DNA of 64,000 bases, taken from IMG/VR virus record IMGVR_UViG_3300030333_008421; one strand, written 5' to 3'. Positions 9,552-19,883 of this stretch are shown in pieces (within the stretch, counting starts at the first letter, position 1; each line of letters begins with the position of its first letter). Source of the stretch: an uncultured virus (IMG/VR IMGVR_UViG_3300030333_008421) (Duplodnaviria; Heunggongvirae; Uroviricota; Caudoviricetes). The notes beneath the pieces were generated by a model. That model was not told the DNA's origin. It worked only from the letters and a program-made list of their open reading frames with translations, and made no database searches. The translations under genes were made by a program, and so were the position numbers.

Positions 9552-10303
9552 TTCTTTTTACCACCCTTCATGTTAGCACACCAATGATACATTTTACCCT
9601 TTTCTCCACCTGCTTTTTTAGCCTTAGATCTTAGAGATGATACGGAACCTTTACAACTAGCTCCTGATCTCTTTACTCTACCAGGTCTACTTTTTCCTTT
9701 AACTTTCCCGTCGGCATAATTTTCGTTAAAACGTGTACCTTCAGCTTTTTTAGCTTTAGCCATATTTTTAATACCTTTAAAGCCTTTAACAAGCGATTTT
9801 CTTATAGGTTTAATTTTAGCTAATTTTGCAACATCCCCGAAAGGTACTAATGATACTGCACTAATACCAGCATTAGCCATATGATCTTTTCTTTTACTTT
9901 TATCTAAACCTGCTCTTCCGAGTGATATACCGACATTAGCAAGATCAGCTACTGAACCTACGGTTGGTTCCAAACCAACAACGTCCAAAACCGTCTGAAG
10001 TTTATCTACAGCTTTACTTTCTTCTTCATCAACTGAGTCAGCCTTATCTAACTGTATTTCAGTTTTATCTAAAATATCACCTGGGTTAAATTTATCTCCT
10101 TTGTTAATAACCAAATATCTAACTAAATTACCAACTGTACCGGTTTCATCTTCCATAGGTTTTACCCCGAAAACGATACCTTTACTACCTGCATGATCAC
10201 ATTCAGGATTAGTGTTAACTATAAAATCACCCAATGTAAGTTCATTAGCATCGAGCTTTGTTTTTTCTAAGATTTCGTTAATCCTATTATTGAAAACGGA
10301 CAT
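9548..10303 (-). CDS. Modular late protein: SH3-like N-domain, pre-toxin-TG-like helical hairpin, basic C-terminal module
   Basis: LDVVGLEPTVGSVADLANVGISL...AGISAVSLVPFGD; C-terminal ENYADGK...HWCANMKGG. Confidence 0.55.
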   Translation of the reverse strand: MSVFNNRINEILEKTKLDANELTLGDFIVNTNPECDHAGSKGIVFGVKPMEDETGTVGNLVRYLVINKGDKFNPGDILDKTEIQLDKADSVDEEESKAVDKLQTVLDVVGLEPTVGSVADLANVGISLGRAGLDKSKRKDHMANAGISAVSLVPFGDVAKLAKIKPIRKSLVKGFKGIKNMAKAKKAEGTRFNENYADGKVKGKSRPGRVKRSGASCKGSVSSLRSKAKKAGGEKGKMYHWCANMKGGKKK

Positions 10304-10311
10304 ACAAGTAT

Positions 10312-10989
10312 TTATTCATTTTCTTCTTGCTCATCTTTAGTTTTATAGAAATATTGAGTGTTGTCACCCAAACTCCATTTGTCGCCAGTTTCTACCGAAT
10401 AATCTTTAGTGCATACGTTAAAATCTGGAACTTCAGTTTCTTCTGGTATTAAAGATTGTTCATACCATCTAATTCTATTATTAGGTTGAGCTGCAAATTG
10501 ACCGTTATCAAGCTTTATTATATTAAAGCTTTTATGTTCTTGTTGTAGTTCACTATACCCTGTATTCAATATGTTAGGTTCTGGGTGACATGAATCTATA
10601 GTGAGATAATAATTGCCTTTATAGAATTTTTTATCTTTAGATTGATACTTACAAGGTAAACCAACTAATGAATCTTTTTGTATAACTGAAATCCAATATG
10701 AAAATGCATCCCATAATTCTAACATTTCTAAAGGTAGTTGGTTGTCTTTATCATAGTCTTCTTTCCATACAAAAGCTGAAATAGGTAACTTATCATATAA
10801 TGCACCATATTCTAATAAAAGCGTTTCAAATAATAATGCTCTACCAGGTTTTGATTTTACTGTAACCCATGTACCTTCTACTAAATCACCTTCACCTTTT
10901 AGTTTACCGTTTTCTTCTTCTAAATCGTAAAGATATTCTTTTTTAACCCAGACTGGGGTAACAGGTAAATTAGCTACTAAAAAACTCAT
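10312..10989 (-). CDS. Conserved T4-like marine phage hypothetical protein
   Basis: Long clean ORF; motifs VKKEYLYD, GALYDKLPISAF, EHKS, NGQFAAQPNNR recalled from marine myophage proteins; TAAATA-N5-ATG. Confidence 0.55.
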   Translation of the reverse strand: MSFLVANLPVTPVWVKKEYLYDLEEENGKLKGEGDLVEGTWVTVKSKPGRALLFETLLLEYGALYDKLPISAFVWKEDYDKDNQLPLEMLELWDAFSYWISVIQKDSLVGLPCKYQSKDKKFYKGNYYLTIDSCHPEPNILNTGYSELQQEHKSFNIIKLDNGQFAAQPNNRIRWYEQSLIPEETEVPDFNVCTKDYSVETGDKWSLGDNTQYFYKTKDEQEENE

Positions 10990-11019
10990 GACACTATTTA
11001 GCTTTTAAAATCGGTACCT

Positions 11020-11625
11020 CTACAGCAGCTCCAATGCTTTTTTTATACATTCAATTTTTTTATTTTTATCGGGTTCCCAAGCTGGGTGATACACCCATTT
11101 ACCATTGTGATTAAATTCGTTTGAATCGTATATAAACATTTCAGAACAATATTTTTCATAATAAGTATCTATTTCTTCATGAATAGCATTTTGTTCCCAA
11201 TTTCTTGTATTATACCACCGTTCAAAAGATTCATTTTCTTTTATATTGGTTATAAAATTTCTTACAAACGGGGTATTTTTTAAAAGAAAGGCCCCTGTAT
11301 TTACGTTATATAATTCATCACCTACACCATCATTGCAAAAGAATATAGTTTTATTTGGTTTAACATAATCAAGAATATTATAATCGTAATTTGTTATTAA
11401 AGCATCCCCGTCTAAGAAAAATATCCATTCATAATTTTCTCTAAGCAATCTATCAATAGAAAAAATTTTATTCCACGCAGGAGCTCTACCATGGTTAAAT
11501 TCATTAATATCGAGTTTATATTCGAAACCTATTTTTGATGCATACTCTTTAGCTCTAGGAGATGTAATATTAATTAGATCATCGTAGTTATTACAAACTG
11601 ATTGAACTATAACATTATTCGACAT
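11020..11625 (-). CDS. GT34 (MNN10/GMA12-like) glycosyltransferase
   Basis: PAWNKI, WIFFLDGDALI, NTGAFLLKN, WEQNAI. Confidence 0.75.
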   Translation of the reverse strand: MSNNVIVQSVCNNYDDLINITSPRAKEYASKIGFEYKLDINEFNHGRAPAWNKIFSIDRLLRENYEWIFFLDGDALITNYDYNILDYVKPNKTIFFCNDGVGDELYNVNTGAFLLKNTPFVRNFITNIKENESFERWYNTRNWEQNAIHEEIDTYYEKYCSEMFIYDSNEFNHNGKWVYHPAWEPDKNKKIECIKKALELL

Positions 11626-12454
11626 CTATATTCCTTGATAATTTAATTTCTTGGTAATTATAAGGAAGCGGGAAATCATGCACGTCTGTTAATTTAACAA
11701 ATGAGTTAATAGCACTACACATAGCATTACCTTCAACTCTTACGTTACCCGGTTTTACGACCACCGGTGTAATATTTTTATCTTTCCAACCTAATTGCTC
11801 TACATAAGTAAATTCTTTAGCTTGATTTATTTGAGTTACACCATCAGGTAGTTGAAACTTTGATTGATCATAATCACCATTTTCGTCCCAATCGAATTCT
11901 TTAAACTCAGACATATCTTGGTAAACGTACATAATTTCAAATTTATCATTACCATACTGATTTTTAATATAATCAGAAACTTTGCAAAGTTGTTCAATGT
12001 CGTATTTTATAGGTGCACCGTCGTATTGACTTTCTTTCTTATCCCATTTCGACCAATACCAGACATACTTATGACGAACAAAAAGTAATCTGCGCTTATT
12101 CTCCTTAATGAGCTTAACTAATCTCTTACTTCGTCTTGTGTATATCTCGTTAGTAGCTTCGTGGTTAATCTCGCTAGTCTCTTGGTTGTTTTCATCTTGA
12201 TAATATATAACGTGAGCAAAATCTACACCCCCGTCTGGGTAAAAACCTTCAAATTCGTTTTTAAAAATATTAGGAAGTGCATCAATTCTTGTAACTTGCC
12301 AGTCAAAAGGAAATGAAGACTTCCTCATGTAATTTAAAGCTTGACCAACGCAACATCTGTGACCTAAACTTACCAAATAATCGTACTCTTTATCAAATAA
12401 AGAATTTTCCGGTGCTTTATAAAAGTTAGGTACGTGCCAATCGTCTTTTACCAT
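11615..12454 (-). CDS. DUF1796-like (putative papain-like) protein
   Basis: VSLGHRC...SFPFDW, FAH, YTRR..RL...LLFVR. Confidence 0.55.
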   Translation of the reverse strand: MVKDDWHVPNFYKAPENSLFDKEYDYLVSLGHRCCVGQALNYMRKSSFPFDWQVTRIDALPNIFKNEFEGFYPDGGVDFAHVIYYQDENNQETSEINHEATNEIYTRRSKRLVKLIKENKRRLLFVRHKYVWYWSKWDKKESQYDGAPIKYDIEQLCKVSDYIKNQYGNDKFEIMYVYQDMSEFKEFDWDENGDYDQSKFQLPDGVTQINQAKEFTYVEQLGWKDKNITPVVVKPGNVRVEGNAMCSAINSFVKLTDVHDFPLPYNYQEIKLSRNIDVE

Positions 12455-12476
12455 AATAATAATTAGTCCATAAGTA

Positions 12477-13223
12477 TTAAACCTTCAAGGCCATATCCCA
12501 TAACAATAAATGCAATCGTGGACTAAAGTTGAAGTGATATTCTTTTGCTAACTCAGCAACATCTGCTGCTACATCAATATGTTCATCACGACTACCTGCA
12601 CATGGCATTAACCATACTCGGCCGGGTGGTATATCAAACTTATCAACATACTCAGTCATAATTTCGTCCATATCTCTTCGACTTTGCACCACGAACTTAA
12701 ATCCTGAATTATGCATTGAATGCCAGTCTAATACTTCTTCTATATATCGTTTGTTTTTAGGGTCACCGTTTGATCTTAGTTTAGGTGAAGTTGTAAATGT
12801 TGCTTCAAATTCAGTAACCCACCTATCTTCAGGATAAAGAGTTGCATTAGTTTCAAAATCTATACGAGGTACAAATCCCCATTCTTGTTTTAGATAATCA
12901 ATAAATTTAAGAAGCTTTGCTTGTTGAATAAGAGGCTCGCCACCGGTTAATTTAAGTATAGCTCCATTTCGTAAATGTTCTTTATATCCTTGATCGTTCA
13001 TCATACATTCGATCTCGGAAAAAGTCATTTTATTCTTTACACTCCATGAAATATAACTATCACAACCATATGGTGCATCTTCAGATTTAAATCCAATGCA
13101 TGTTAGATTACACATAGACAATCTCATAAAAACTGAAGGGTACCCAACGAATTCACCTTCACCTTCGATAGTGTAAAATACCTTATCGTCACTAAGAAAG
13201 ATAGTTTCTTGACCTAAACTCAT
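12477..13223 (-). CDS. queE: 7-carboxy-7-deazaguanine synthase (radical SAM)
   Basis: FYTIEGEG..G.PSVFMR, CNLTC-x11-CD, LTGGEP, ETN, SPK, FKFVV, SPRLH..LW. Confidence 0.92.
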   Translation of the reverse strand: MSLGQETIFLSDDKVFYTIEGEGEFVGYPSVFMRLSMCNLTCIGFKSEDAPYGCDSYISWSVKNKMTFSEIECMMNDQGYKEHLRNGAILKLTGGEPLIQQAKLLKFIDYLKQEWGFVPRIDFETNATLYPEDRWVTEFEATFTTSPKLRSNGDPKNKRYIEEVLDWHSMHNSGFKFVVQSRRDMDEIMTEYVDKFDIPPGRVWLMPCAGSRDEHIDVAADVAELAKEYHFNFSPRLHLLLWDMALKV

Positions 13224-13230
13224 ATCGGTT

Positions 13231-13258
13231 ATTATAACACATAAAAGATAGTTTTCAA
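13231..13258 (-). promoter_or_regulatory. Early promoter TTGAAA-N16-TATAAT, 7 nt before queE ATG
   Basis: Read on the reverse complement. Confidence 0.7.
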
Positions 13259-13275
13259 GATTAAATATTAAAAGT

Positions 13276-14013
13276 ATGGCAAGAAAAGCTAAGCGGTTAG
13301 CCGCGGTTTTCGAGTCGGAACAACTACAAGGGGAAGACCTTCTTGTAGATTGGGATTTAAACTTTAATGTAAAGAATAGATATGCCCTTACAGAGAACCA
13401 AAAGAACTTTGTAAGTACCCTATTAGAACAGGATACTAAAATAGTATTTGCAGATGGATTTGCTGGAACAGCAAAAACTTATTTAAGTGTTTTCGGAGCA
13501 CTAACATTATTAGCAGCAGGAAAATTAGAGCAAATTATTTACATTAGAAGTGTAGTAGAATCGGCCAATCAAAAAATAGGGCATTTACCGGGGCAATTAG
13601 ATGAAAAATTTCTTCCCTATTCATTACCTATGATGGATAAACTGGATGAATTAGTAACTAAAACTACTGCTAATTCTTTATTCAAAAAAGAATATATCAA
13701 ATGTTTACCAGTTAATTTTACAAGAGGATTAACTTTTAAAAATTCTATTGTAGTAATAGATGAAGCGCAAAATCTAACAAGACAAGAAATAACTACCTTA
13801 TTAACTAGGTTTGGTGAAGGGTCTAGATATGTTGTTGTTGGTGATTCTAATCAATCAGATATTAACGGTAAGTCAGGATTTTCTCCCATTATAAAAGCCT
13901 TTACAAATGATATTAGTAAAGGTAATGGAATACATTCCTTCTTTTTTGATAATACTGATATTGTAAGAAGTAAAATACTCAAACATATAGTTCACGTATT
14001 ATCAGATGTTTGA
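13276..14013 (+). CDS. phoH: PhoH-like ATPase
   Basis: GFAGTAKT, GHLPG, RGLTF, IDEAQN, LTRFG, GDSNQSD, DIVRS. Confidence 0.93.
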   Translation: MARKAKRLAAVFESEQLQGEDLLVDWDLNFNVKNRYALTENQKNFVSTLLEQDTKIVFADGFAGTAKTYLSVFGALTLLAAGKLEQIIYIRSVVESANQKIGHLPGQLDEKFLPYSLPMMDKLDELVTKTTANSLFKKEYIKCLPVNFTRGLTFKNSIVVIDEAQNLTRQEITTLLTRFGEGSRYVVVGDSNQSDINGKSGFSPIIKAFTNDISKGNGIHSFFFDNTDIVRSKILKHIVHVLSDV

Positions 14014-14170
14014 TCGATATCTAAAAGTTCTTTAATTGCATCCTCGGGCGAAACAAACTTCAAACTTTCGCTCGATGGTTTTTCATCCTTGTCGGGTTTA
14101 GACAGGTCAGCTAGCTTCGAAAAGACGTCGCTAGCTAACTTGTTTATTGTTGGGTCCTTTTCTTTATGAA

Positions 14171-14998
14171 TCATCCTCTTGGTGGTGCTAACGGGTCAGA
14201 AGGTTTATCTGAACCCCAACTAGTACCTGCAAAAGGATCACCCAAACCCTGGCTTTTAACGTTACCAACGCGAGCTCCTATAACAGCATTTTTATCACGT
14301 TTTGCACCAGGTAATTGTTGTTGTTGCGATTCGTATTCTGATGGAGTCATTTTTTGTTTTTCATGAAAATCTTTTAGTGCCTCAGGAATAGTACCATCTG
14401 TATCGTAATTGTCTAATTCAGCGCCTTCTTCTTCTTTATAAAAATCTCTTGGATTAGGTTGCGTTCCACAATTTTCAGCATCTCTAAATTTATCCCAGTC
14501 AACTCTCGAAGGGTCTATTGGTTTTTCAGTAAGAGACTTAACATTAACGGTTTTATGAACTTCTCGATTAGTATACGTTGCACTATTCTTTTCGTGTTCC
14601 CAAACCTCAACCTTTTCTACCCAACACCTGTCTTTTGTAGCAGCTTTAATAAATGAATCTGCAACATCGAACACAAACTCAGCTGTCTTTTCAATACCCA
14701 CACCAGGCATTACTCTTAAATCAATAACACCAAGACCATCAAGCACTTTAAATTTTTCTAAATGTGGGTCATCCTTATCAATACAAGTTGTATGGTCAAA
14801 TTGTTTTTGTAATTTTTCTTTTAACCCTTTAAGACTTCCAAAATCTACAACCCAATTATTATTATCTAATTCACTTGCACCAAACCAAATTTTAGATTGT
14901 AATCTATAACCATGTAAAAATCTGCAATGTGACTTTGCTCTCGGCTGTCTGAAAGCACAACTACCCAATTCAATTATTTTAGTACTGTTAAAGCTCAT
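14171..14998 (-). CDS. queD: 6-carboxytetrahydropterin synthase with a long acidic C-terminal extension
   Basis: SHCRFLHGY, WVVDFG.LK, FDHT, GIEKTAE, VWEHEKNSA. Confidence 0.88.
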   Translation of the reverse strand: MSFNSTKIIELGSCAFRQPRAKSHCRFLHGYRLQSKIWFGASELDNNNWVVDFGSLKGLKEKLQKQFDHTTCIDKDDPHLEKFKVLDGLGVIDLRVMPGVGIEKTAEFVFDVADSFIKAATKDRCWVEKVEVWEHEKNSATYTNREVHKTVNVKSLTEKPIDPSRVDWDKFRDAENCGTQPNPRDFYKEEEGAELDNYDTDGTIPEALKDFHEKQKMTPSEYESQQQQLPGAKRDKNAVIGARVGNVKSQGLGDPFAGTSWGSDKPSDPLAPPRG

Positions 14999-15004
14999 CT
15001 AGTA

Positions 15005-15032
15005 ATGATAGAATCAAAGCTTAAGTTATCAA
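15005..15032 (-). promoter_or_regulatory. Early promoter TTGATA-N16-TATCAT, 6 nt before queD ATG
   Basis: Read on the reverse complement. Confidence 0.7.
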
Positions 15033-15317
15033 CTACTTTTTTTTCTTCTTTTTAAATGGTCTAGGGCAAGGGGTACCTTTTACGTGAGTATGACCACACC
15101 TTCCACAATATGTAGCTTTCTTAGCTTCTAATAATGCTTCTATATCTATATATTTTGATGCAATTTCATCCATTTTTGATATTTTAGAAGCTTGCTTCTT
15201 CATCTGCTTTCTATACTTGGGGTCATTCTTCCATTTACTAGATACTTTACCCTTCTTTTTGGCTTTGTTAATATTATCCCAAAGTCCTTTTTCTAAGATT
15301 TTATCTGTTTTACGCAT
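15033..15317 (-). CDS. Small highly basic protein with C-terminal CxxCxHxH..C module
   Basis: [11 protein letters not shown] and [33 protein letters not shown]. Confidence 0.6.
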   Translation of the reverse strand: MRKTDKILEKGLWDNINKAKKKGKVSSKWKNDPKYRKQMKKQASKISKMDEIASKYIDIEALLEAKKATYCGRCGHTHVKGTPCPRPFKKKKKK

Positions 15318-15753
15318 TTTTTAAAACCTTTTTGTATAGATCTAATAAATCTTTATCATCTAAACCACTTTGTTTTAGATATTGTTCAATATCGTTTATG
15401 TTATTAGATTTTTGTATTTGATGCATTTCTTTCTTACCGACTTTTTCTTTTAACATCTTACTAATAAACTTCTTAAAGATCTTTACAGCTCTTGGCTTCG
15501 AAGGAGTTATTACCGGTTTTTTGACGTCAAATATACCTGGCATATCGCCACCGGGCATAAGAACCTTTAATATAGGTGGTAGCCCCATTGGGCCGCCGCA
15601 TGCTTCTAAAGAAAGCTCTTGCAAGACAAAACCTTCATATCCTTTGTCAGCTTCGAACCCTTTGTTTATAGTCGGATCGACTTTGAATCTAATATATTTT
15701 AACCCTTTTTCTAAAAGACAATCGGTTAAAATTGAATCAAAGTTTTTCATCAT
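15310..15753 (-). CDS. Hypothetical late protein with capsid-targeting-like leader
   Basis: [21 protein letters not shown]5-ATG. Confidence 0.55.
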   Translation of the reverse strand: MMKNFDSILTDCLLEKGLKYIRFKVDPTINKGFEADKGYEGFVLQELSLEACGGPMGLPPILKVLMPGGDMPGIFDVKKPVITPSKPRAVKIFKKFISKMLKEKVGKKEMHQIQKSNNINDIEQYLKQSGLDDKDLLDLYKKVLKNA

Positions 15754-15761
15754 ATTAGTAT

Positions 15762-16835
15762 TTAATGCTTTTCGTAATTTATAATATCAAGAAATACAGT
15801 GTAAAAAGGTTTATCGGTTTGGCCTACAAAACATGGATCATCTTCTTTATCGTGTTGCCACTGATCAAAATAAAATAGGTTATATCCATGTCTTGCTGCT
15901 ATAATACTATAATAAGGTTCTTCTGTTACGGGTATAATATCGTGATTATCTGTAAACATATTATACAGTTGCATATACTCATCAAATATAAGATCTAAAG
16001 TTTCAAATTTACCTCCAAAAATAGTTGCTAAAGTCCAGAAAGGATAATTATCCCACCGGTCTTTATCTAACCCAACAATTTTATCTTTTTCAAGATAAAA
16101 CTTCATCCTCTCTTCATCAATTGGAAATTGTTTGCCTATATTATTCCACCCGTAAAGTTTTTTGAGACTACGGCTCATCCAGTGATTATTACTTACCCAA
16201 TCAAATTCTTGAATACGATCATTAGCAGTAAGACTAACAATATTAAACCAATCTTTATCTTCAAGAACTCGTTTTAATCCTTCGGTAATTTTAGGTGTAA
16301 AAATATTGTTTTTATTTTCAGGGTAAAAATGACTATCTGGATATCTATTTTCTATTTCACCCGATACATGGTAAACGTATTCGCACCCTCCCATAGACTC
16401 GGGTATTTTGCACCATTCGGTTACACCGGCGTCTATCCACACTACCCTGTCGCAGCCCCATTCATTATCTTTTGCATTTTGACACCATTTTAATTTCCAA
16501 TGGCATAAAATTTCGTTACGAGGGCAGAACATAAAATGCTTTTTTTCATATTCATTTCTGTACCATACAAATTTCTTTTTGGTTTCTAATAATTCGTAAG
16601 AGCGAGGCCATTCAAATAAATCTAACCCTATAACTTTATATTGTTTAAATTTTACCCTTTCAAGAATCTCAGTTAACAAATCAACCATCCACGGCCAACA
16701 ATAAAGGTGCATTGGCATATCCAATTTACTCAGATTTTTTAGTGACGTTTCATATAGTTCTTCATCGTTATCTTTTCCCCCTATAAGCCAATCAGATCTT
16801 CCTACATAAACACATGTAACTAAAATAGGTTTCAT
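15762..16835 (-). CDS. HtrL/YibB (WlaTC)-like glycosyltransferase
   Basis: N-terminal LVT, K..W...A...N....VWIDAG, FGG, TEE; paralogue of 35763-36770. Confidence 0.6.
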   Translation of the reverse strand: MKPILVTCVYVGRSDWLIGGKDNDEELYETSLKNLSKLDMPMHLYCWPWMVDLLTEILERVKFKQYKVIGLDLFEWPRSYELLETKKKFVWYRNEYEKKHFMFCPRNEILCHWKLKWCQNAKDNEWGCDRVVWIDAGVTEWCKIPESMGGCEYVYHVSGEIENRYPDSHFYPENKNNIFTPKITEGLKRVLEDKDWFNIVSLTANDRIQEFDWVSNNHWMSRSLKKLYGWNNIGKQFPIDEERMKFYLEKDKIVGLDKDRWDNYPFWTLATIFGGKFETLDLIFDEYMQLYNMFTDNHDIIPVTEEPYYSIIAARHGYNLFYFDQWQHDKEDDPCFVGQTDKPFYTVFLDIINYEKH

Positions 16836-17461
16836 TACATAAATTTATATCCCAAATCGGTAAAATCTCTATGGTATCTAGAATTAATGGCATCTATAGA
16901 GTTACTTGAAAGTTTATCAACCAAATCATTAGTATTGATAGACGAACTGTTAACTAACGGTAATCCCTTTGGTATATTATATAGATCGCACATATTATTA
17001 AAATCATTTTCAAGATTTTCAAATTTTATTACATGATCATAGTCTATTTCATTAAAATATTCAACCTGTGGTAAATAATGATCGCATATAAAATTATCAC
17101 AACAGAATTTTTTAAACCAGTTATGAAATTCCCCGTCATCAAAGTAGGATTTATGTTCTCTAAAAAAATATTCAGAAATACACCTTGTATATGGATTTCT
17201 AATTATAGTAAATTTTTTATACTTTTCGTATCTTTCAGGGTTATTTTCTTTTATTAATTTAGGAATAAAATGATGTGAAGCAAAGATGCAATTGTATGTA
17301 TGATAATTTAGTAAAAAATAATCAGAAGATAAATCATAAAAATACTCGCTTGTATCTACTTCTTCTTTTATATTATGTATATTAAATTTTTGTTCTATGC
17401 TCGATCCCCCCGTTTTTGGAATATGAACAAAAAGTAAATTATGTTCATGAATAAAAGGCAT
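16835..17461 (-). CDS. Sulfotransferase family 2
   Basis: FVHIPKTGGSSI (5'-PSB), FTIIRNPYTRCISEY (3'-PB), HYLPQ, IKFENL; TAAATA-N5-ATG. Confidence 0.85.
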   Translation of the reverse strand: MPFIHEHNLLFVHIPKTGGSSIEQKFNIHNIKEEVDTSEYFYDLSSDYFLLNYHTYNCIFASHHFIPKLIKENNPERYEKYKKFTIIRNPYTRCISEYFFREHKSYFDDGEFHNWFKKFCCDNFICDHYLPQVEYFNEIDYDHVIKFENLENDFNNMCDLYNIPKGLPLVNSSSINTNDLVDKLSSNSIDAINSRYHRDFTDLGYKFM

Positions 17462-17477
17462 TTAATTATTTAAATGG

Positions 17478-17505
17478 TTGATTCTAAAAGTAAAGATACT
17501 ATCAT
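17478..17505 (+). promoter_or_regulatory. Early promoter TTGATT-N16-TATCAT, 7 nt before folE2 ATG (17513)
   Basis: Direct reading. Confidence 0.7.
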
Positions 17506-17512
17506 TTAGTTG

Positions 17513-18556
17513 ATGTCCGATAAAAATAACAGTTACGAATGGTTAGGTGAGGATGATGAACTTACTGGAGAAAAAGACATTATTGCTCAAGAAATAATGG
17601 GCAATGAATTTAGTAAGAGTTATTATCCACCAATTCGAGTTTATGATAGAACGGTAAAAGCTGATAAAAAATATATTTCTTCTTTACCCGATCTTCAAAA
17701 TGGACCTTCTAGTTTAATTCAAGGTGCGGCAGTACCTATTCAACAAGTAGGTATTCATAATTTTAAATTACCTCTTAATTATAAAAAGAGAAACGGTAAA
17801 ACTATTGAGTTAGAAACAAGTGTTACCGGTAGTGTTAGTTTAGAAGCACATAAGAAAGGTATTAACATGTCTCGTATTATGAGAAGTTTTTATGATCATA
17901 AGGACGAAGTATTCAGTATTAGTAAGATTAAAGACGTGTTAGAAACATACAGAAAGAATTTAAAATGTTTTGACTCTCGCATCATGTTAAAGATATCTTA
18001 CCCTATTAAACAAAAAAGTTTACGTAGTGGTTTAGAAGGTTACCAATATTATGACGTAGTATTTGAAGGTGATCTTACTAAAGATGGGGAATTCAAAAAA
18101 TATATTCATTTTGATTTTGTTTATTCATCTGCATGTCCATGCAGTTTTGAATTAAGTGAACATGCTGAAAAATATCGTAATAGAGCAACTGTTCCGCATA
18201 GTCAAAGAAGTGTAGCTCGTGTTAGTGTTAAGTTCGATGAAATGCTATGGATCGAAGATCTTCAAGAGTTATGCTTAGAAGCTCTTCAAACTGAAACGCA
18301 AGTTATGGTAAAGAGAGAAGATGAACAAGCATTTGCAGAAAAGAATGGTGCTTATCTTAAGTTTGTAGAAGATGCAGTAAGGTTAATGTATGAAAAGCTT
18401 TCTAGCGAATCTCGTATTACAGACTTTAAGATTGTAGCTTCACATAATGAAAGTCTTCATAGTCATAATGCAGTATCGGTTATTGTAAAAGGTGTTGAAG
18501 GTGGCTTTACTGCAGGTGTACCTAGAGACGTATTTGAATCAACAGGTTTGAGATAA
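17513..18556 (+). CDS. folE2: GTP cyclohydrolase IB (Zn-independent)
   Basis: [56 protein letters not shown]. Confidence 0.95.
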   Translation: MSDKNNSYEWLGEDDELTGEKDIIAQEIMGNEFSKSYYPPIRVYDRTVKADKKYISSLPDLQNGPSSLIQGAAVPIQQVGIHNFKLPLNYKKRNGKTIELETSVTGSVSLEAHKKGINMSRIMRSFYDHKDEVFSISKIKDVLETYRKNLKCFDSRIMLKISYPIKQKSLRSGLEGYQYYDVVFEGDLTKDGEFKKYIHFDFVYSSACPCSFELSEHAEKYRNRATVPHSQRSVARVSVKFDEMLWIEDLQELCLEALQTETQVMVKREDEQAFAEKNGAYLKFVEDAVRLMYEKLSSESRITDFKIVASHNESLHSHNAVSVIVKGVEGGFTAGVPRDVFESTGLR

Positions 18557-18580
18557 GGTAACAAATAGCTAAATACTATT

Positions 18581-19141
18581 GTGGCTGCTAAAAAGAAAGA
18601 CGGAGACGCTTATGGTTTTGAAAAAGCTATACTTAAAGTCTGTAGCTTAAGAGAAAGAAACTTATGGGGCCCTGCACATAAGGCTGCAGAAGACCCCGAA
18701 ACGGGAATTGTAATTAAACAAAAGCCAGCATACTTTGTTATTCAAGATTGTGCTAATATCACTAAACGATATTTGTTCATTATGTGTTATGGTTCTTTAA
18801 CTGACCCTATTGGACAACTTAAAGGTAAAGTAAGTGTAGAAGATATTGAAGATTTTGTAGCAAGATCTAAAAACAGAGCTGATTACGAAACGAAGCAATT
18901 GTTTAATCTTGTATTTCACGATATTGGTGAATATACTCCTAAAGCAGATTCTAATCCAGATGAACTCGACATGTCCTTTGATGTTATAGATGAGGAAAAC
19001 GTTTACGGTGATTACGAAGACTTGGGTAACGAGCGATTAAAAGAAATGGAAAAGCTCGAAGCGCAAGAAAAGCTTAAAATTGATTTAACTAACGATCAAG
19101 CAGTAATTGATAAGTTAGTAGAAGTATTTGTATTAGATTAA
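18581..19141 (+). CDS. Hypothetical late protein
   Basis: Clean ORF, acidic C-half; TAAATA-N5-GTG. Confidence 0.55.
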   Translation: MAAKKKDGDAYGFEKAILKVCSLRERNLWGPAHKAAEDPETGIVIKQKPAYFVIQDCANITKRYLFIMCYGSLTDPIGQLKGKVSVEDIEDFVARSKNRADYETKQLFNLVFHDIGEYTPKADSNPDELDMSFDVIDEENVYGDYEDLGNERLKEMEKLEAQEKLKIDLTNDQAVIDKLVEVFVLD

Positions 19142-19875
19142 TAAGTGTGACTTGTTAAAAGATCAATTTTACCTGCGGGTCCTCTTATATTAATATTAAA
19201 AGATACTGTAATACGAAACTTCTCTTCATCTTCTTTTGAATTTGGAAAGTAAGGGGTTGCAGCATGTCTTAACCACGATGGAAATAAAACTAACGTACCT
19301 CTTCTAAGTTCAGGTTTTACAGTAGGTGTATAATAAAGAGAACCAGAATCTTCTACTCTTGGTAACATTATAAAATTTTGATTTACCGGGCTATAGAAAG
19401 TTGTACCGCCTAAGTTAGAAGACACACCATTTAATGATTCAGTTGAAGGGTCCGAAACAATAATAATACCGCTTATAAAACTATTTGGGTGAAAATGTTC
19501 AGGGTTATTTCCATTTGGTCTGTAAATGTTAGACCACATTAAACTAATATCGAAAGTTTCTACTATTATTTTAGTTTGTTCTTCGTATACTCTAGCAGCT
19601 TCAAATATATCTTCGTTTAAAAAAGCAAACTCTTCACGTGTTTGTAAATCTGGGTTTGATTGATAACTATTTACCCCTGCATTTTTACAAAACCCTTCTA
19701 ATACATTTCTATCAAGAACAATATGATCTGCTTTAAAATGCGTTTCTGGGTCTTTACAATTCCTTTTAAACTCTTCAAGTACTGCTTTTTCTAATTTATC
19801 AACCGTACTTTCATCTAATCTGTTAAAAAGAAAGGGTGTCGGAAAGAAATTAGTTATTTCACTATGTTCTATCAC
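19138..19875 (-). CDS. 2OG-Fe(II) oxygenase (TIGR02466-like phage type)
   Basis: FPTP, WSNI, HFHPNSFISG, LVLFPSWLRH, RITVSFN. Confidence 0.85.
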   Translation of the reverse strand: MIEHSEITNFFPTPFLFNRLDESTVDKLEKAVLEEFKRNCKDPETHFKADHIVLDRNVLEGFCKNAGVNSYQSNPDLQTREEFAFLNEDIFEAARVYEEQTKIIVETFDISLMWSNIYRPNGNNPEHFHPNSFISGIIIVSDPSTESLNGVSSNLGGTTFYSPVNQNFIMLPRVEDSGSLYYTPTVKPELRRGTLVLFPSWLRHAATPYFPNSKEDEEKFRITVSFNINIRGPAGKIDLLTSHTY

Positions 19876-19883
19876 AACAAGAC

